Shown here piece by piece: positions 8,374-16,781 of a stretch of DNA of 42,102 nt (position 1 is the first letter of the stretch; each line of letters begins with the position of its first letter). The notes under the pieces were generated by a model. That model had not been told where the DNA came from, did not search any database, and worked only from the letters and a program-made list of their open reading frames with translations. Made by a program: the position numbers and the translations under genes. The stretch spans positions 1-42,102 of IMG/VR virus record IMGVR_UViG_3300036790_000204; one strand, given 5' to 3'. Source of the stretch: a virus (taxonomy: Duplodnaviria > Heunggongvirae > Uroviricota > Caudoviricetes).

Positions 8374-8792
8374 GCCGCGCACCTCGCAGTCCACCCCGGG
8401 GCGCCGTTCCGGCCGCAGATCATGCAGTCATGGCCGGCCGCGGGCGAATCCGAGCAGTTCCCGCACCGCACCCGCGCGCCTTCCGCCCCGCACGTCTGGC
8501 AGCGGAGCCCCCGCGGCGGCGTGTCGAGGCAGCTCGGGCACTGGCCGGGAAGCGCCAGCAGCGACAGCGGCGGCACCCGGAACACCCCGGCGATCAGGAA
8601 CAGGTCTTCGACCGAGAACATCCGGTTGCGGAGCCCGTGACCGCCGTTGGCGGCCTGCTCGGCGTTGAACAGCGTCGTGAGGCTCCAGCCCATCCGGTCG
8701 GCGAGCTCCTGCCGGCCCATGCGCTCCGCGCGGCGCAGCCGGGTCATGTTGTCCGACAGCACCTGGTTGGCGGTCTTCCCCCGGGCGTTCAC
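8370..8792 (-). CDS. XRE-family HTH protein with C-terminal zinc ribbons
   Basis: NMTRLRRAERMGRQELADRMGWSLTTLFNAE; CPSC, CQTC, CGNC, CMIC pairs. Confidence 0.75.
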   Translation of the reverse strand: MNARGKTANQVLSDNMTRLRRAERMGRQELADRMGWSLTTLFNAEQAANGGHGLRNRMFSVEDLFLIAGVFRVPPLSLLALPGQCPSCLDTPPRGLRCQTCGAEGARVRCGNCSDSPAAGHDCMICGRNGAPGWTARCAA

Positions 8793-9220
8793 GACGCGCC
8801 GCCCGGTACGGGCCACGAGTGCCGCAGCAAGCCCGCGTCGTAAGCCCACCCCAGTTTCGACTCGGGCGTGAACGTCACGTGGTCGTGACACGGGCGGCAC
8901 GGGGCGGTCGCGTTGCCCGGGTCGGTGATCGACCCGCCCCGCCCGCGGCCGAGCGGCTCGTGGACGTCGTCGGCCCACCGCCCGCACCGGCCGATCACGT
9001 CGGCCGGCACCGAGTCCGGAGCGATCTGGAATAGGGCGTACACCGCGCAGATGGGTCGCTCCGGCCAGAGCTGGTCGACCATCGCGCGCCGCTGCCGGTT
9101 CTCCCGCTGCCGCTTGTCGCTCACCGGGCGGATCCGGCCGCTTCGCGCCAGGCCGGCCGACCGGACCGCCCCGCGCTCGTTCCTCGGCCAGCCGGCGCGC
9201 TTGAGCTCGGTGCGCTTCAC
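8789..9220 (-). CDS. HNH-family endonuclease
   Basis: VKRTELKR basic N-terminus; DDVHEPLGRGRGGSITDPGNATAPCRPCHDHV. Confidence 0.75.
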   Translation of the reverse strand: MKRTELKRAGWPRNERGAVRSAGLARSGRIRPVSDKRQRENRQRRAMVDQLWPERPICAVYALFQIAPDSVPADVIGRCGRWADDVHEPLGRGRGGSITDPGNATAPCRPCHDHVTFTPESKLGWAYDAGLLRHSWPVPGGAS

Positions 9221-9876
9221 CGGGCGCCCTCGATCACATCGAGCATCGCGACAGCCATAGCGACGTCGCCGTCCGCGGTGTGCCGCTCGAAGCCGTTCGG
9301 GTCGACGCCGAGGGCCTCGGCGAGCGTGTCGGTGCTCGCGTCGATCGGCGGCCGGCCGTAACCGGGGTTGTCGCTGCTGCACAGGTACCCGTAGGCGATC
9401 GACTGGATGCAGCGGACCCGGTAGTGCCACGGCTGCTCCGGCTGCCCGAAGTGCGCCAGGAACGCGGACAGGAACCGCCCGTCGAACGACGGGACCGCGG
9501 CGACGATCGTGGCGTCCGCCAAGATGCCCGGCAGGACGCATGCGAGATCAGCCGCGTTCGACCAGCACTGGTAGCGGGTCTGGACGGCGAGATTCCATAC
9601 ATCCATCAGCGGGGCGTCTCTGTCGGCGTGGGGCCCGTAGCGGGCGCGGATCTCCTCCGGTTTCGCGTGGCGCATGGACCTGGTGCGCTCCCAGTAGCGG
9701 CCGACCTCGAGCGCCTCCGGGTCGGCGATGTCCGTGACCGGCTTCATGCGCCATAGGAACTTGGCGCCGGTGCTCCGGTTCTGGATCGCCAGTTCCCAGA
9801 TGACCCCGGAACCACCCTCGTACTCGGGTGTCAGCGACGTGGTTTCGGCGTCGACTATCAGCACAGGCCTAGGCAT
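9217..9876 (-). CDS. DEDDh 3'-5' exonuclease
   Basis: IVDAETTSL (ExoI), PSFD (ExoII), HTADGDV (ExoIII). Confidence 0.85.
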   Translation of the reverse strand: MPRPVLIVDAETTSLTPEYEGGSGVIWELAIQNRSTGAKFLWRMKPVTDIADPEALEVGRYWERTRSMRHAKPEEIRARYGPHADRDAPLMDVWNLAVQTRYQCWSNAADLACVLPGILADATIVAAVPSFDGRFLSAFLAHFGQPEQPWHYRVRCIQSIAYGYLCSSDNPGYGRPPIDASTDTLAEALGVDPNGFERHTADGDVAMAVAMLDVIEGAR

Positions 9877-10624
9877 CCTGGTATCCGTTCGTCGTGGCCC
9901 CGGCGGGGCGCACTGGCCACCAGCCGTCGACCGTGTCCGCCTTGGCGTGCTCTCCCTTATCGCGGAAGTGCTTGGCGAGGCTCGCCGCCTGGGCGCGCTT
10001 CTCCGTGGCCTGCCACGCCATCAGCTCGGCCGTGGGCATCTGCGCGATCCTCGGATGCCGGGCGCAGATCATCCACGTCACCCGGGCGGCAGTCACGGCG
10101 TCGCCCGTGGCGTTGTGCGCCTGGTCCTGCTTGACGCCGTAGTGCGCGGCGGCGAGGGTCAGCGTGCGCTTGCCCTTCCGGTACCGGTCGACGCCCTTGT
10201 CGACGACCAGCGGGTCGAAGATGAGCGCCCCGGTCGCGGCGAGCTCGCGGCTGAACTCGCCGATCTCGTGACGCGTGCTTTCTCGGTCGAGCATCGTGAG
10301 GTCGAACGCCGCGTTGTAGACGATGATCGGGACGCCCTGGCGGGCGGCCTCGAGGATCGCCTCGCAGACCTCCCCGACCGCCTGCGCGGCGGGCAGCCCG
10401 TTCGCGCGGGCGTGCTCGGTGGTGACGCCGTGGATCTTCGCCGCGGCCGCCGGGATGTCGACGCCGGGCCACGCCAGCCACTCGGCGACCTTCGGCGGGG
10501 TCTTCCCCGCTCCGTCGACCAGCGCCGTGCACGCCGTGACGAGACGATCGGTCTCGACGTTCGTGCCGGTCGTCTCGAGGTCAGCCGAAAGCATGAACCC
10601 CCGATGCCAGCCGGCGCCCGTCAT
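9869..10624 (-). CDS. DnaQ-like (DNA polymerase III epsilon-like) exonuclease
   Basis: ADLETTG, YNAAFDLTML, AHNATGDA; ATG at 10624 by ATGA overlap. Confidence 0.9.
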   Translation of the reverse strand: MTGAGWHRGFMLSADLETTGTNVETDRLVTACTALVDGAGKTPPKVAEWLAWPGVDIPAAAAKIHGVTTEHARANGLPAAQAVGEVCEAILEAARQGVPIIVYNAAFDLTMLDRESTRHEIGEFSRELAATGALIFDPLVVDKGVDRYRKGKRTLTLAAAHYGVKQDQAHNATGDAVTAARVTWMICARHPRIAQMPTAELMAWQATEKRAQAASLAKHFRDKGEHAKADTVDGWWPVRPAGATTNGYQDA

Positions 10625-11346
10625 TGGGTGCTCTCCTTGGGCTCCCCGGCGGTGAGCGCGAGCGCCCCGCCGAGCACCGACGCGCGCAGCTCCGGGTCGG
10701 CTTGCAATGCGGCCATGACCGCCGCGCGCCGCTGCTCGGACTCGGCGCCGATGAACGCGAACGCCCCGGTGGGCTTGTTCTGCGTCTCGGTGACGAGTTG
10801 CAGCCGCTCGCCGGTGTCGGGGTCGAACAGCCACCCCTTCGGGGCGTGCTCGGCTACCTGCTGCGCTTCCTTCAGGTACGCCGTGAGCGCAGAGGGCCGC
10901 ACCCGCGACGACATGAGATCGGGCAGTTCCGCGGCGATCAGCGCCAGCGCCCCCGGGTCGTTCAGCGCGCCCGGCGCGACGTGGACGCGGATCAGGTCGG
11001 GGCGCTTCTCGAGCAGCAGGTCGATCAGCCGCTCGTCATGCTCCGCGCCGGGGATCGCCACCGGCTCGAGGGCATCCGGGTTCCGCTCGGCCACCCACTC
11101 ATGAAGCCCGGTCTCGTCGATCTCGGTGTTCTTCGCGCCGGCTTTGATCGACAGGTGCGCGATAACCTGGCCGCCCAATTCGACGGGTACCTGCAGCGCG
11201 CCCCGCGATGAGGTGACCCCGGTCTCGGACACCATCGTGTGGAATTCCGCCTCGGCGTCTTTGCGGGCGGCCTCGTACTCGGCGGCGACGCCGAGGGCGA
11301 TCGCCTCAAGGGCGGTGACGCGCAGCGCGGCGCTAGGCGTCGTCAT
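10621..11346 (-). CDS. Hypothetical phage recombination-region protein
   Basis: 241-aa ORF with GC-biased codons, coupled between annealase and exonuclease. Confidence 0.75.
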   Translation of the reverse strand: MTTPSAALRVTALEAIALGVAAEYEAARKDAEAEFHTMVSETGVTSSRGALQVPVELGGQVIAHLSIKAGAKNTEIDETGLHEWVAERNPDALEPVAIPGAEHDERLIDLLLEKRPDLIRVHVAPGALNDPGALALIAAELPDLMSSRVRPSALTAYLKEAQQVAEHAPKGWLFDPDTGERLQLVTETQNKPTGAFAFIGAESEQRRAAVMAALQADPELRASVLGGALALTAGEPKESTQ

Positions 11347-12328
11347 TCGTGGCTCCTTCCAGCGCCGTTGCGCGCTGCTTGACCAGCGCGATCAGTTCGG
11401 TGCCCGCGGGCGGCGTGATGACATTCGATGAGACCGCCCGCAGGACCTCGACCTTCATCGGCCGCATGCAGTCAGCGCCGGCGGCGGCGAGCCGGGCCTT
11501 AAACGACTCGGCCCAGTCGGGCTGAGCCGCGTCCCCTGGACCATCCGGGTCGGGCTGCCGCGACTCGCTGTCGATCTCGGCCGCGCGGGCGTCGAGCATC
11601 CCTGCTATCCGGGCGACGTCGGCCGGGTTCAGTTCCCCGCCGTCCCGCAGCTTCTCCATGTCGGTGCGGATGCCGGCCAGCGCGGCGCTGCTGTCCGCCG
11701 CGCCGGTGCGCTTCCGCCAGCCGCGCATGTCCGCGTAGGGGATGCCCTCGTCGGGGATTTCCGCGCCGCCTCCGTCCTCCTGCTCGGGGTTGACGTCGGG
11801 CACGTCGTCGGTGTCAGCCGGCTTATCGGCTTGGGGGCGCACCAGCGTCCAGCGCACCACCGGCTCGAGCGACCCCTTGTTGTAGAGGGACAGGCCGAAC
11901 TGGTCGCCGAAGTTGATCGCGCACCGGCGCAGCGCGTACGTCTCGCTGTTTGTCACCGCGTTGCCGTGGGACTCGCCGAAAGACGGGTGGGAGTTTTCCC
12001 CGATGTGGGTCGCCTCCTGCACCGACAGCGGCGTCCCGTCCGGCGCTTTCACCGTCAGGCGCATCCGGGTCCGGTAGACGACGTTCCAGCCGTTGCCGCC
12101 GGTGCTCAACTTGACCTGCGCCTCGCGGATGAGGGTCTGGTCAACGACCTCAGCAGACCACCGGCCGAAGCCAAACACACGGGTCAGCTCGGCCCGGATG
12201 TCGTAGCCCTCCATGTGGGCTTGGCCGTTGTCATTGCGGCGCGTCACCCGCTTGCGGTTGACGGGCCTAAGCAGGAGATCAACCTGCGCCGGGCTCAGGT
12301 ACGAAGGATCAGCCGCAGTCTCGGTCAT
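11333..12328 (-). CDS. Rad52/Rad22-family (Sak-like) single-strand annealing protein
   Basis: HMEGYDIRAELTRVFGFGRWS..NAVTNSETYALRRCAINFGDQFGLSLY. Confidence 0.85.
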   Translation of the reverse strand: MTETAADPSYLSPAQVDLLLRPVNRKRVTRRNDNGQAHMEGYDIRAELTRVFGFGRWSAEVVDQTLIREAQVKLSTGGNGWNVVYRTRMRLTVKAPDGTPLSVQEATHIGENSHPSFGESHGNAVTNSETYALRRCAINFGDQFGLSLYNKGSLEPVVRWTLVRPQADKPADTDDVPDVNPEQEDGGGAEIPDEGIPYADMRGWRKRTGAADSSAALAGIRTDMEKLRDGGELNPADVARIAGMLDARAAEIDSESRQPDPDGPGDAAQPDWAESFKARLAAAGADCMRPMKVEVLRAVSSNVITPPAGTELIALVKQRATALEGATNDDA

Positions 12329-12984
12329 CGTCCGGCCTCCCTCTGCGCGAGCGCCACAGACGGAACCACGATCAGGGGGGTCACGCCGGCCATCTCGCCG
12401 ATGAGGAGAAACCAGACGCCGAGAACCTGCTCATCGGTGGCTGACTCGCGGACCTGCGAGAACGCGATCATGAGGTTCTCGGAGTCGTCCCGCCGAACCG
12501 CGCAGTCGCCGCACCAGCCAGTCGTCTTCCCGATGCACGCCCTGCAGTCGTCGGTCGCGGCGGTGCCCGCGATCATGTAGTCGATCAGGACCGAGACGCG
12601 CTCCTTGAGGGCGCTGCCCGGCTTCCGTGGCGCGGCCACCGGCGGGAGCTTGCCGAGCGCCGCCAGCATGTCGCCGTCGGGCATCCACTCGGGACGCTCG
12701 CGCTCGCTCTCGTCCTCTTTCATGCCGAGTGCGACCGCGACCCGCCGTCTGGCGTCCTGCTGGTCGGAGGCGCTGTAGACCGCCGTGTGGATCGCGGCGG
12801 CGAGCAGCGCGTCGACGTTGCCGGTTCCGGCCAGCTGCTTGACCGCCTCATCGCGGGCGTCCCACGTGACCCCGGACAGGAAGTCGCGCAGGTTGGCGTC
12901 GTAGCCGATCAGCGGGGAGATGCGGGCGATCAGGTCGTCGTCGCCGAGTCGCCGGCGGGGCGGCATCGCGGCCTGGACGCTCAT
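12325..12984 (-). CDS. Hypothetical protein with CxxC..CxxC
   Basis: ATGA overlap at 12984; DCRACIGKTTGWCGDC. Confidence 0.68.
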   Translation of the reverse strand: MSVQAAMPPRRRLGDDDLIARISPLIGYDANLRDFLSGVTWDARDEAVKQLAGTGNVDALLAAAIHTAVYSASDQQDARRRVAVALGMKEDESERERPEWMPDGDMLAALGKLPPVAAPRKPGSALKERVSVLIDYMIAGTAATDDCRACIGKTTGWCGDCAVRRDDSENLMIAFSQVRESATDEQVLGVWFLLIGEMAGVTPLIVVPSVALAQREAGR

Positions 12985-13448
12985 GCGGCCACCGTCGCGT
13001 CCTGCTCGGCGTTCGCGGCCGGGGCGAGGATCGGGCTGCAAACCCAGGAGACATCCTCAACGGTCTTGGTGACCTCGATCTCGGGCACCGCCGCGAGCGC
13101 CTCGGGGTCCTTCACCTTCTCGGTGACCTCGCGGGTTCCGGTGACCACCCGCTCGCACACCGCGTTGCGGTAGGCGACTAGTTCCACGTTCAGGCCGTGC
13201 AGCTTCCCCGCCAGCCGGAACGTCGCCCCCTCGCCGTCGCCCTCGTACTCCTTGCGGAAATCGCACGGGTAGGCGCGGGCTGCCGTGGCCAGTTCGGCGC
13301 GCGGGTTCTCGGTGTGCAGGAAGTAGGTGACGATCGGGGAGGTGATGCCCTGATAGGGCAGCGGCACGTCCGGGTTGCGCTCCAGCACGTCGGCTAGGGC
13401 GCGGAGTCCCATGACGTAGCCGACGCGCTTCGGGTCGATGTCGTTCAC
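12981..13448 (-). CDS. Hypothetical phage early protein
   Basis: GAAGGGA RBS upstream of GTG; GC-biased codons. Confidence 0.72.
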   Translation of the reverse strand: MNDIDPKRVGYVMGLRALADVLERNPDVPLPYQGITSPIVTYFLHTENPRAELATAARAYPCDFRKEYEGDGEGATFRLAGKLHGLNVELVAYRNAVCERVVTGTREVTEKVKDPEALAAVPEIEVTKTVEDVSWVCSPILAPAANAEQDATVAA

Positions 13449-13499
13449 TGCGTTGCGTTCCCTTCGGTTAGATTTGCGGGTGCGGGTGCGTTCCCGCTT

Positions 13500-13529
13500 C
13501 CGGTCCCGGCGGTGGCTCGCCGGGGCCGG
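13500..13529 (-). terminator. Hairpin after cro-like gene
   Basis: CCGGTCCCGGCG / CGCCGGGGCCGG 12-bp stem with 1 mismatch, 6-nt loop. Confidence 0.4.
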
Positions 13530-13535
13530 TCCCTT

Positions 13536-13844
13536 TCACGCTGCCTTGGCCTGCTGCTTCGCCTCGGCTGGTGTCTTTGCCTTGCGGGGGCGCCTCGCGG
13601 GCTTTGGCGCGAGGGCGTCGGCGTGCATCAGGTCGGCCGGCTTGCGGTTGAGCGCCTCGGCTAGATCCCGCAGCCTCGGCAGGTGGCAGCCCCAGTCGCC
13701 GTTCTCGTAGTGGGTGATCTGGGTTTGCGTGGTGCCGGCTTTGGCCGCGAGCTCCGCCTGGCCCATGCCTTCGGCGATGCGCGCTAGGCGGAGCTTGTCG
13801 CCGTCTAGGTAGCGGGGCCGTGGTGGCTCTGCGTCAGGTTCCAT
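13536..13844 (-). CDS. Cro-like XRE HTH regulator
   Basis: KLRLARIAEGMGQAELAAKAGTTQTQITHYENG; first gene of the early operon. Confidence 0.8.
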   Translation of the reverse strand: MEPDAEPPRPRYLDGDKLRLARIAEGMGQAELAAKAGTTQTQITHYENGDWGCHLPRLRDLAEALNRKPADLMHADALAPKPARRPRKAKTPAEAKQQAKAA

Positions 13845-13856
13845 GCACGGCAAGTT

Positions 13857-13983
13857 ACACGTGAGCACACGTGAACACAACTTTGGCGCACAAGCGTGCG
13901 TGTTCAAGTGTGCTGCGTGTGACAGAGCACGACAAAACGCCACGCCGTCACGCCCCGGAATACGTGATCGCACGTGATAGCGT
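13857..13983. promoter_or_regulatory. Lysis-lysogeny switch operator region
   Basis: ACACGTGA at 13857 and 13867; ACGTGAT at 13962 and 13972; TGAACAC/GTGTTCA inverted pair; TAGCGT -10-like hexamer at 13978-13983. Confidence 0.6.
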
Positions 13984-13990
13984 GGCTTTC

Positions 13991-14518
13991 GTGACCGACG
14001 CGACTGGCACGCCCATCGGCCGGCTGATACGGACATCCCGCACGGCCGCCCGGCTCAACCGCAAAGAGGCGTCCCACAAGACCCCGGGCGTAAGCTACGA
14101 AACGTGGGGCGTCATCGAGCGCGGCCACGACCGGGCCGGCAACGTCCCGCGTGCCGAGGCCGCCACGCTCGCCGACATGTGCGCGTCGCTCGGCATCACC
14201 CCCGAGCAGGTCGAGGCGGCCGATCCCGAGGACGGGGCGCCGGTCGCGGAGTTCATGCGCGAGGCGATCCGCCGGGGCACGCTGCGACTCGTGCCGGCCG
14301 TCCCCGACGAGCTCGGCGACGACGCCGGCGACGCGCTCATAGAGCTGTTCATGGCCGAGCGCGCCGACCGGGACGTGCTGGAATTCATGTGGCGCGACGA
14401 CACGGACTCCGACGGCAGGCCGATCCCGCGCGCGGAGCGGCTGCGCCGAATGTCCGACTGGGTGCGGAAGACGCAGCAGCGGCAGGAGCCGCCGGCCGGC
14501 CGGTCGCGGCGCGGATAG
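13991..14518 (+). CDS. CI-like immunity repressor (XRE HTH)
   Basis: IGRLIRTSRTAARLNRKEAS..VSYETWGVIERG..LADMCASLGITPEQV; divergent from cro; start may be 13991 (leaderless) or further upstream. Confidence 0.7.
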   Translation: MTDATGTPIGRLIRTSRTAARLNRKEASHKTPGVSYETWGVIERGHDRAGNVPRAEAATLADMCASLGITPEQVEAADPEDGAPVAEFMREAIRRGTLRLVPAVPDELGDDAGDALIELFMAERADRDVLEFMWRDDTDSDGRPIPRAERLRRMSDWVRKTQQRQEPPAGRSRRG

Positions 14519-14663
14519 TTAAGATCTCGTTCAGATCTAGTTAAGATCCGCCAGATGCGTAACACAGCGTGAGGCTTAGGTAACAATACGTAATACCCAC
14601 AGCCCAGCGGCACGACCCCTCGCAGCCGCCACCCTCACGGCCTGAGAGGAAAAACCCCCGAGC

Positions 14664-15680
14664 ATGGACGACGTGACCGCGCACGCAGTGCGCGCACTGC
14701 AGGCTGCCATCGAAACCCGCGACACCGTGACCACGCTCCTGCACGCCATCGAAACCGAGCGCGCATCGGCGATCGTATTCGCCGCAGCCGTCCTACAGGA
14801 AACCCGCCCCGCCCTCGCCCGCTTCGAGAACTCGATAGAGATGCTGCTCGCCGCCGCCCGGTCCGGCCGCCACGACGGGTACCGCGCCGGACTCGCCGCG
14901 CGGGACCGCCAGGGGGAGAGGACCGGGCGCCCCCCACGGCCCGGCCCCCACCTCCGCGCGCTCCCCGGCGCCTTACGGCACCCGCGCGACCGCCCCGACG
15001 ATCCGCGGGCCGCGCACCCGGCAAAGACGCCTGCGCACCCACGGCCGCCCCTGCACGCGCACGTCCTCGACCGCGTAGTCGGCCGGCCCGTCGAACTCGA
15101 GCCCCGCCCCCTTCGCCCACGCCCGCACGTCCTCGGCGCTGTGCGACAGCAGCCCGGCCTCGCGCCCCGGATCCGGCGTCGACTCGGCGGCCGCTATCGC
15201 GATCGTCGACCCGCGCGGCAGCGCGTGCCGGTACGCGTCCGCCATGCACGCGGCGCGCGCCGCGTCGGTCAGCCACGACGCCATCCCCCACTGCAGGTGC
15301 ACCGGACCGGGCGGCATCCCCGCCTCGGCCGCCGCCTCGAGCAGCGCGGCCGGCCTCAGCAGGGAGCCGGCGAACGAAGCGAGCGCGCCGACTTCCCCCA
15401 TGAACGACTGCGCCCGCAGGGTGACCGCGACGTCATCCGGGTGCGGGTAGCCGCACCAGGCGCCCGCGTTGACCGCCCCCCGGTGAAGGGGGTCGCCGCG
15501 CGACGGCAGCCCGGCGCCACCGAAGATGACCGCCCGCGCGCCCGCGTGCGCGGCCTTCTGCGCCGCCCAAGCGTGCCAGGAGTCGCAGAAGCGGATCATG
15601 CGGGGCGCGGCCGGGCACGCGGCCGTTATGCGCTCGGCCAGCCTGCGCTCGCCCGCGAATCCCCGGTTTCCGCCGCGTAG
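14664..15680 (+). CDS. Hypothetical protein; first ~100 aa plausible, remainder antisense read-through
   Basis: GAGGA RBS and AT-rich upstream region; helical N-terminus ending GPHLRALP; no stop before the convergent gene. Confidence 0.45.
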   Translation: MDDVTAHAVRALQAAIETRDTVTTLLHAIETERASAIVFAAAVLQETRPALARFENSIEMLLAAARSGRHDGYRAGLAARDRQGERTGRPPRPGPHLRALPGALRHPRDRPDDPRAAHPAKTPAHPRPPLHAHVLDRVVGRPVELEPRPLRPRPHVLGAVRQQPGLAPRIRRRLGGRYRDRRPARQRVPVRVRHARGARRVGQPRRHPPLQVHRTGRHPRLGRRLEQRGRPQQGAGERSERADFPHERLRPQGDRDVIRVRVAAPGARVDRPPVKGVAARRQPGATEDDRPRARVRGLLRRPSVPGVAEADHAGRGRARGRYALGQPALARESPVSAA

Positions 15681-15716
15681 CTCGTCTAGTAGTCGTGACG
15701 CCGCTGTCACGTCCAT
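14973..15716 (-). CDS. Divergent actinobacterial SAM-dependent methyltransferase (Methyltransf_19-like)
   Basis: SRLLDELRGGNRGFAGERRLAERI and AVIFGGAGLP align by eye to ARxYDYxLGGKDN..DR and FLDIGxGLP of this family. Confidence 0.68.
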   Translation of the reverse strand: MDVTAASRLLDELRGGNRGFAGERRLAERITAACPAAPRMIRFCDSWHAWAAQKAAHAGARAVIFGGAGLPSRGDPLHRGAVNAGAWCGYPHPDDVAVTLRAQSFMGEVGALASFAGSLLRPAALLEAAAEAGMPPGPVHLQWGMASWLTDAARAACMADAYRHALPRGSTIAIAAAESTPDPGREAGLLSHSAEDVRAWAKGAGLEFDGPADYAVEDVRVQGRPWVRRRLCRVRGPRIVGAVARVP

Positions 15717-15933
15717 GGTGAAAGCATCTCCCCGCGGGATTCGGCTGCCCTGCGTCTCCCCCGCCCGCAGCCGAATCCCTTGTTTGTGGTTAATTAACTT
15801 TTCTACACCACAAATTAACTATCTGCACTCGATTGCGCCAAGTGAATAGTCCCGCTCCGAGCGTGGATTCCATGAAAGAACGCATGACGTGCTTTGCGTT
15901 CACTTGCGGAGATCGCATTTGCACGTGCGGCCG

Positions 15934-16383
15934 CTAACGCGCGAGCGCCGCCAGCTGACTGCGGAGCGCGCGGAGATCAGCGCCGTCGATCGTCATCGGG
16001 CGCGGGTCGCCAACCCGAGTCCCCTGGCGAACCGCATACCACCGGCCCGGCTCGCGCCCCCCGTGGGGCGACGACTCCCAGACGCGCCAGCCGGGGAACT
16101 CCGCCTCGATCGCGTCCGCCTCGGCCGCCTCCCGGTCGAGCCGCTCCAGCTCGTCCATCAGCACCCGCAGGTCGACGCGCCTCGCGTGCCTGCGCGCCCC
16201 CCGGATCGTCACCAGGCAGTGCAGGAACGGCAGATCGGACTTCAGGTCGAACTCCGCGTCGGCGTGCTCTGCGATGAACGCCCGCATCCGGCTCACCTGC
16301 CGGTCGTGCGCCAGGCCGCCCGCGCCGGGCAGAGTGCTCTCGGGGAGGACCACGGAAAGCCGGCGCGCCGCCTGCGCGCTCAC
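15934..16383 (-). CDS. Small hypothetical protein (EFPGWRVW..GRWYA type)
   Basis: IEAEFPGWRVWES..GRWYAVR..MTIDGADLRALRSQL. Confidence 0.68.
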   Translation of the reverse strand: MSAQAARRLSVVLPESTLPGAGGLAHDRQVSRMRAFIAEHADAEFDLKSDLPFLHCLVTIRGARRHARRVDLRVLMDELERLDREAAEADAIEAEFPGWRVWESSPHGGREPGRWYAVRQGTRVGDPRPMTIDGADLRALRSQLAALAR

Positions 16384-16619
16384 GACGACACCGTGCCAGG
16401 GCCGTGCTCATCGCGGACCTGCTCGTCCAGCTTCTCGGGCGTCGCATCCCACAGCAGCGCCCCTATACGGTCCTTGCGCGCAGCCCAGTACTCGTTGCGC
16501 TCGTAGTCGAACCCGAAGTCGTAGTCGTGCTCCCAGTTGAGCCGCAGGACGCTGAGCGCCCGTTCCTCGACCCCGGCGCCCCTGGCGGCCGCGCTGCCGC
16601 CGTCCTCTGCCGTTTCCAT
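16380..16619 (-). CDS. Small Trp/Tyr-rich hypothetical protein
   Basis: LRLNWEHDYDFG..YWAARKD..ATPEKL; GTGA-coupled to next gene. Confidence 0.62.
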   Translation of the reverse strand: METAEDGGSAAARGAGVEERALSVLRLNWEHDYDFGFDYERNEYWAARKDRIGALLWDATPEKLDEQVRDEHGPGTVSS

Positions 16620-16691
16620 CCTGCGTCACCCCATGCTGCGTTTCGTTTCCCGTGAGTGGGAGGAAGATTAGGCGACGTCAGAGGGGGGATG

Positions 16692-16781
16692 GTTTCCGTG
16701 CGGAAACCATCCGGAAAGAGAGCTTTCCGTGATTGCCTCACGGGAGGGGTTTCCCGAAGGAAACGGTTTCCGCGCGGAAAC
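16692..16781. promoter_or_regulatory. Three GTTTCC-N4-GGAAAC palindromic operators
   Basis: Copies at 16692-16707, 16749-16764, 16766-16781. Confidence 0.75.

Noticed and set aside
2260-9220. HNH proteins plus methyltransferase as a restriction-modification system
   Set aside because: The HNH genes resemble ordinary phage early-region proteins and are not adjacent to the methyltransferase in an RM-like arrangement
337-13400. Long plus-strand ORFs such as 337-1473, 3975-6353 and 9728-11104
   Set aside because: Antisense shadows of GC3-rich minus-strand genes; Arg/Pro/Ala-rich with no motifs
15781-15830. AT-rich palindrome as a protelomerase (telRL) site
   Set aside because: Perfect palindrome is only 10 bp and no protelomerase is in the window
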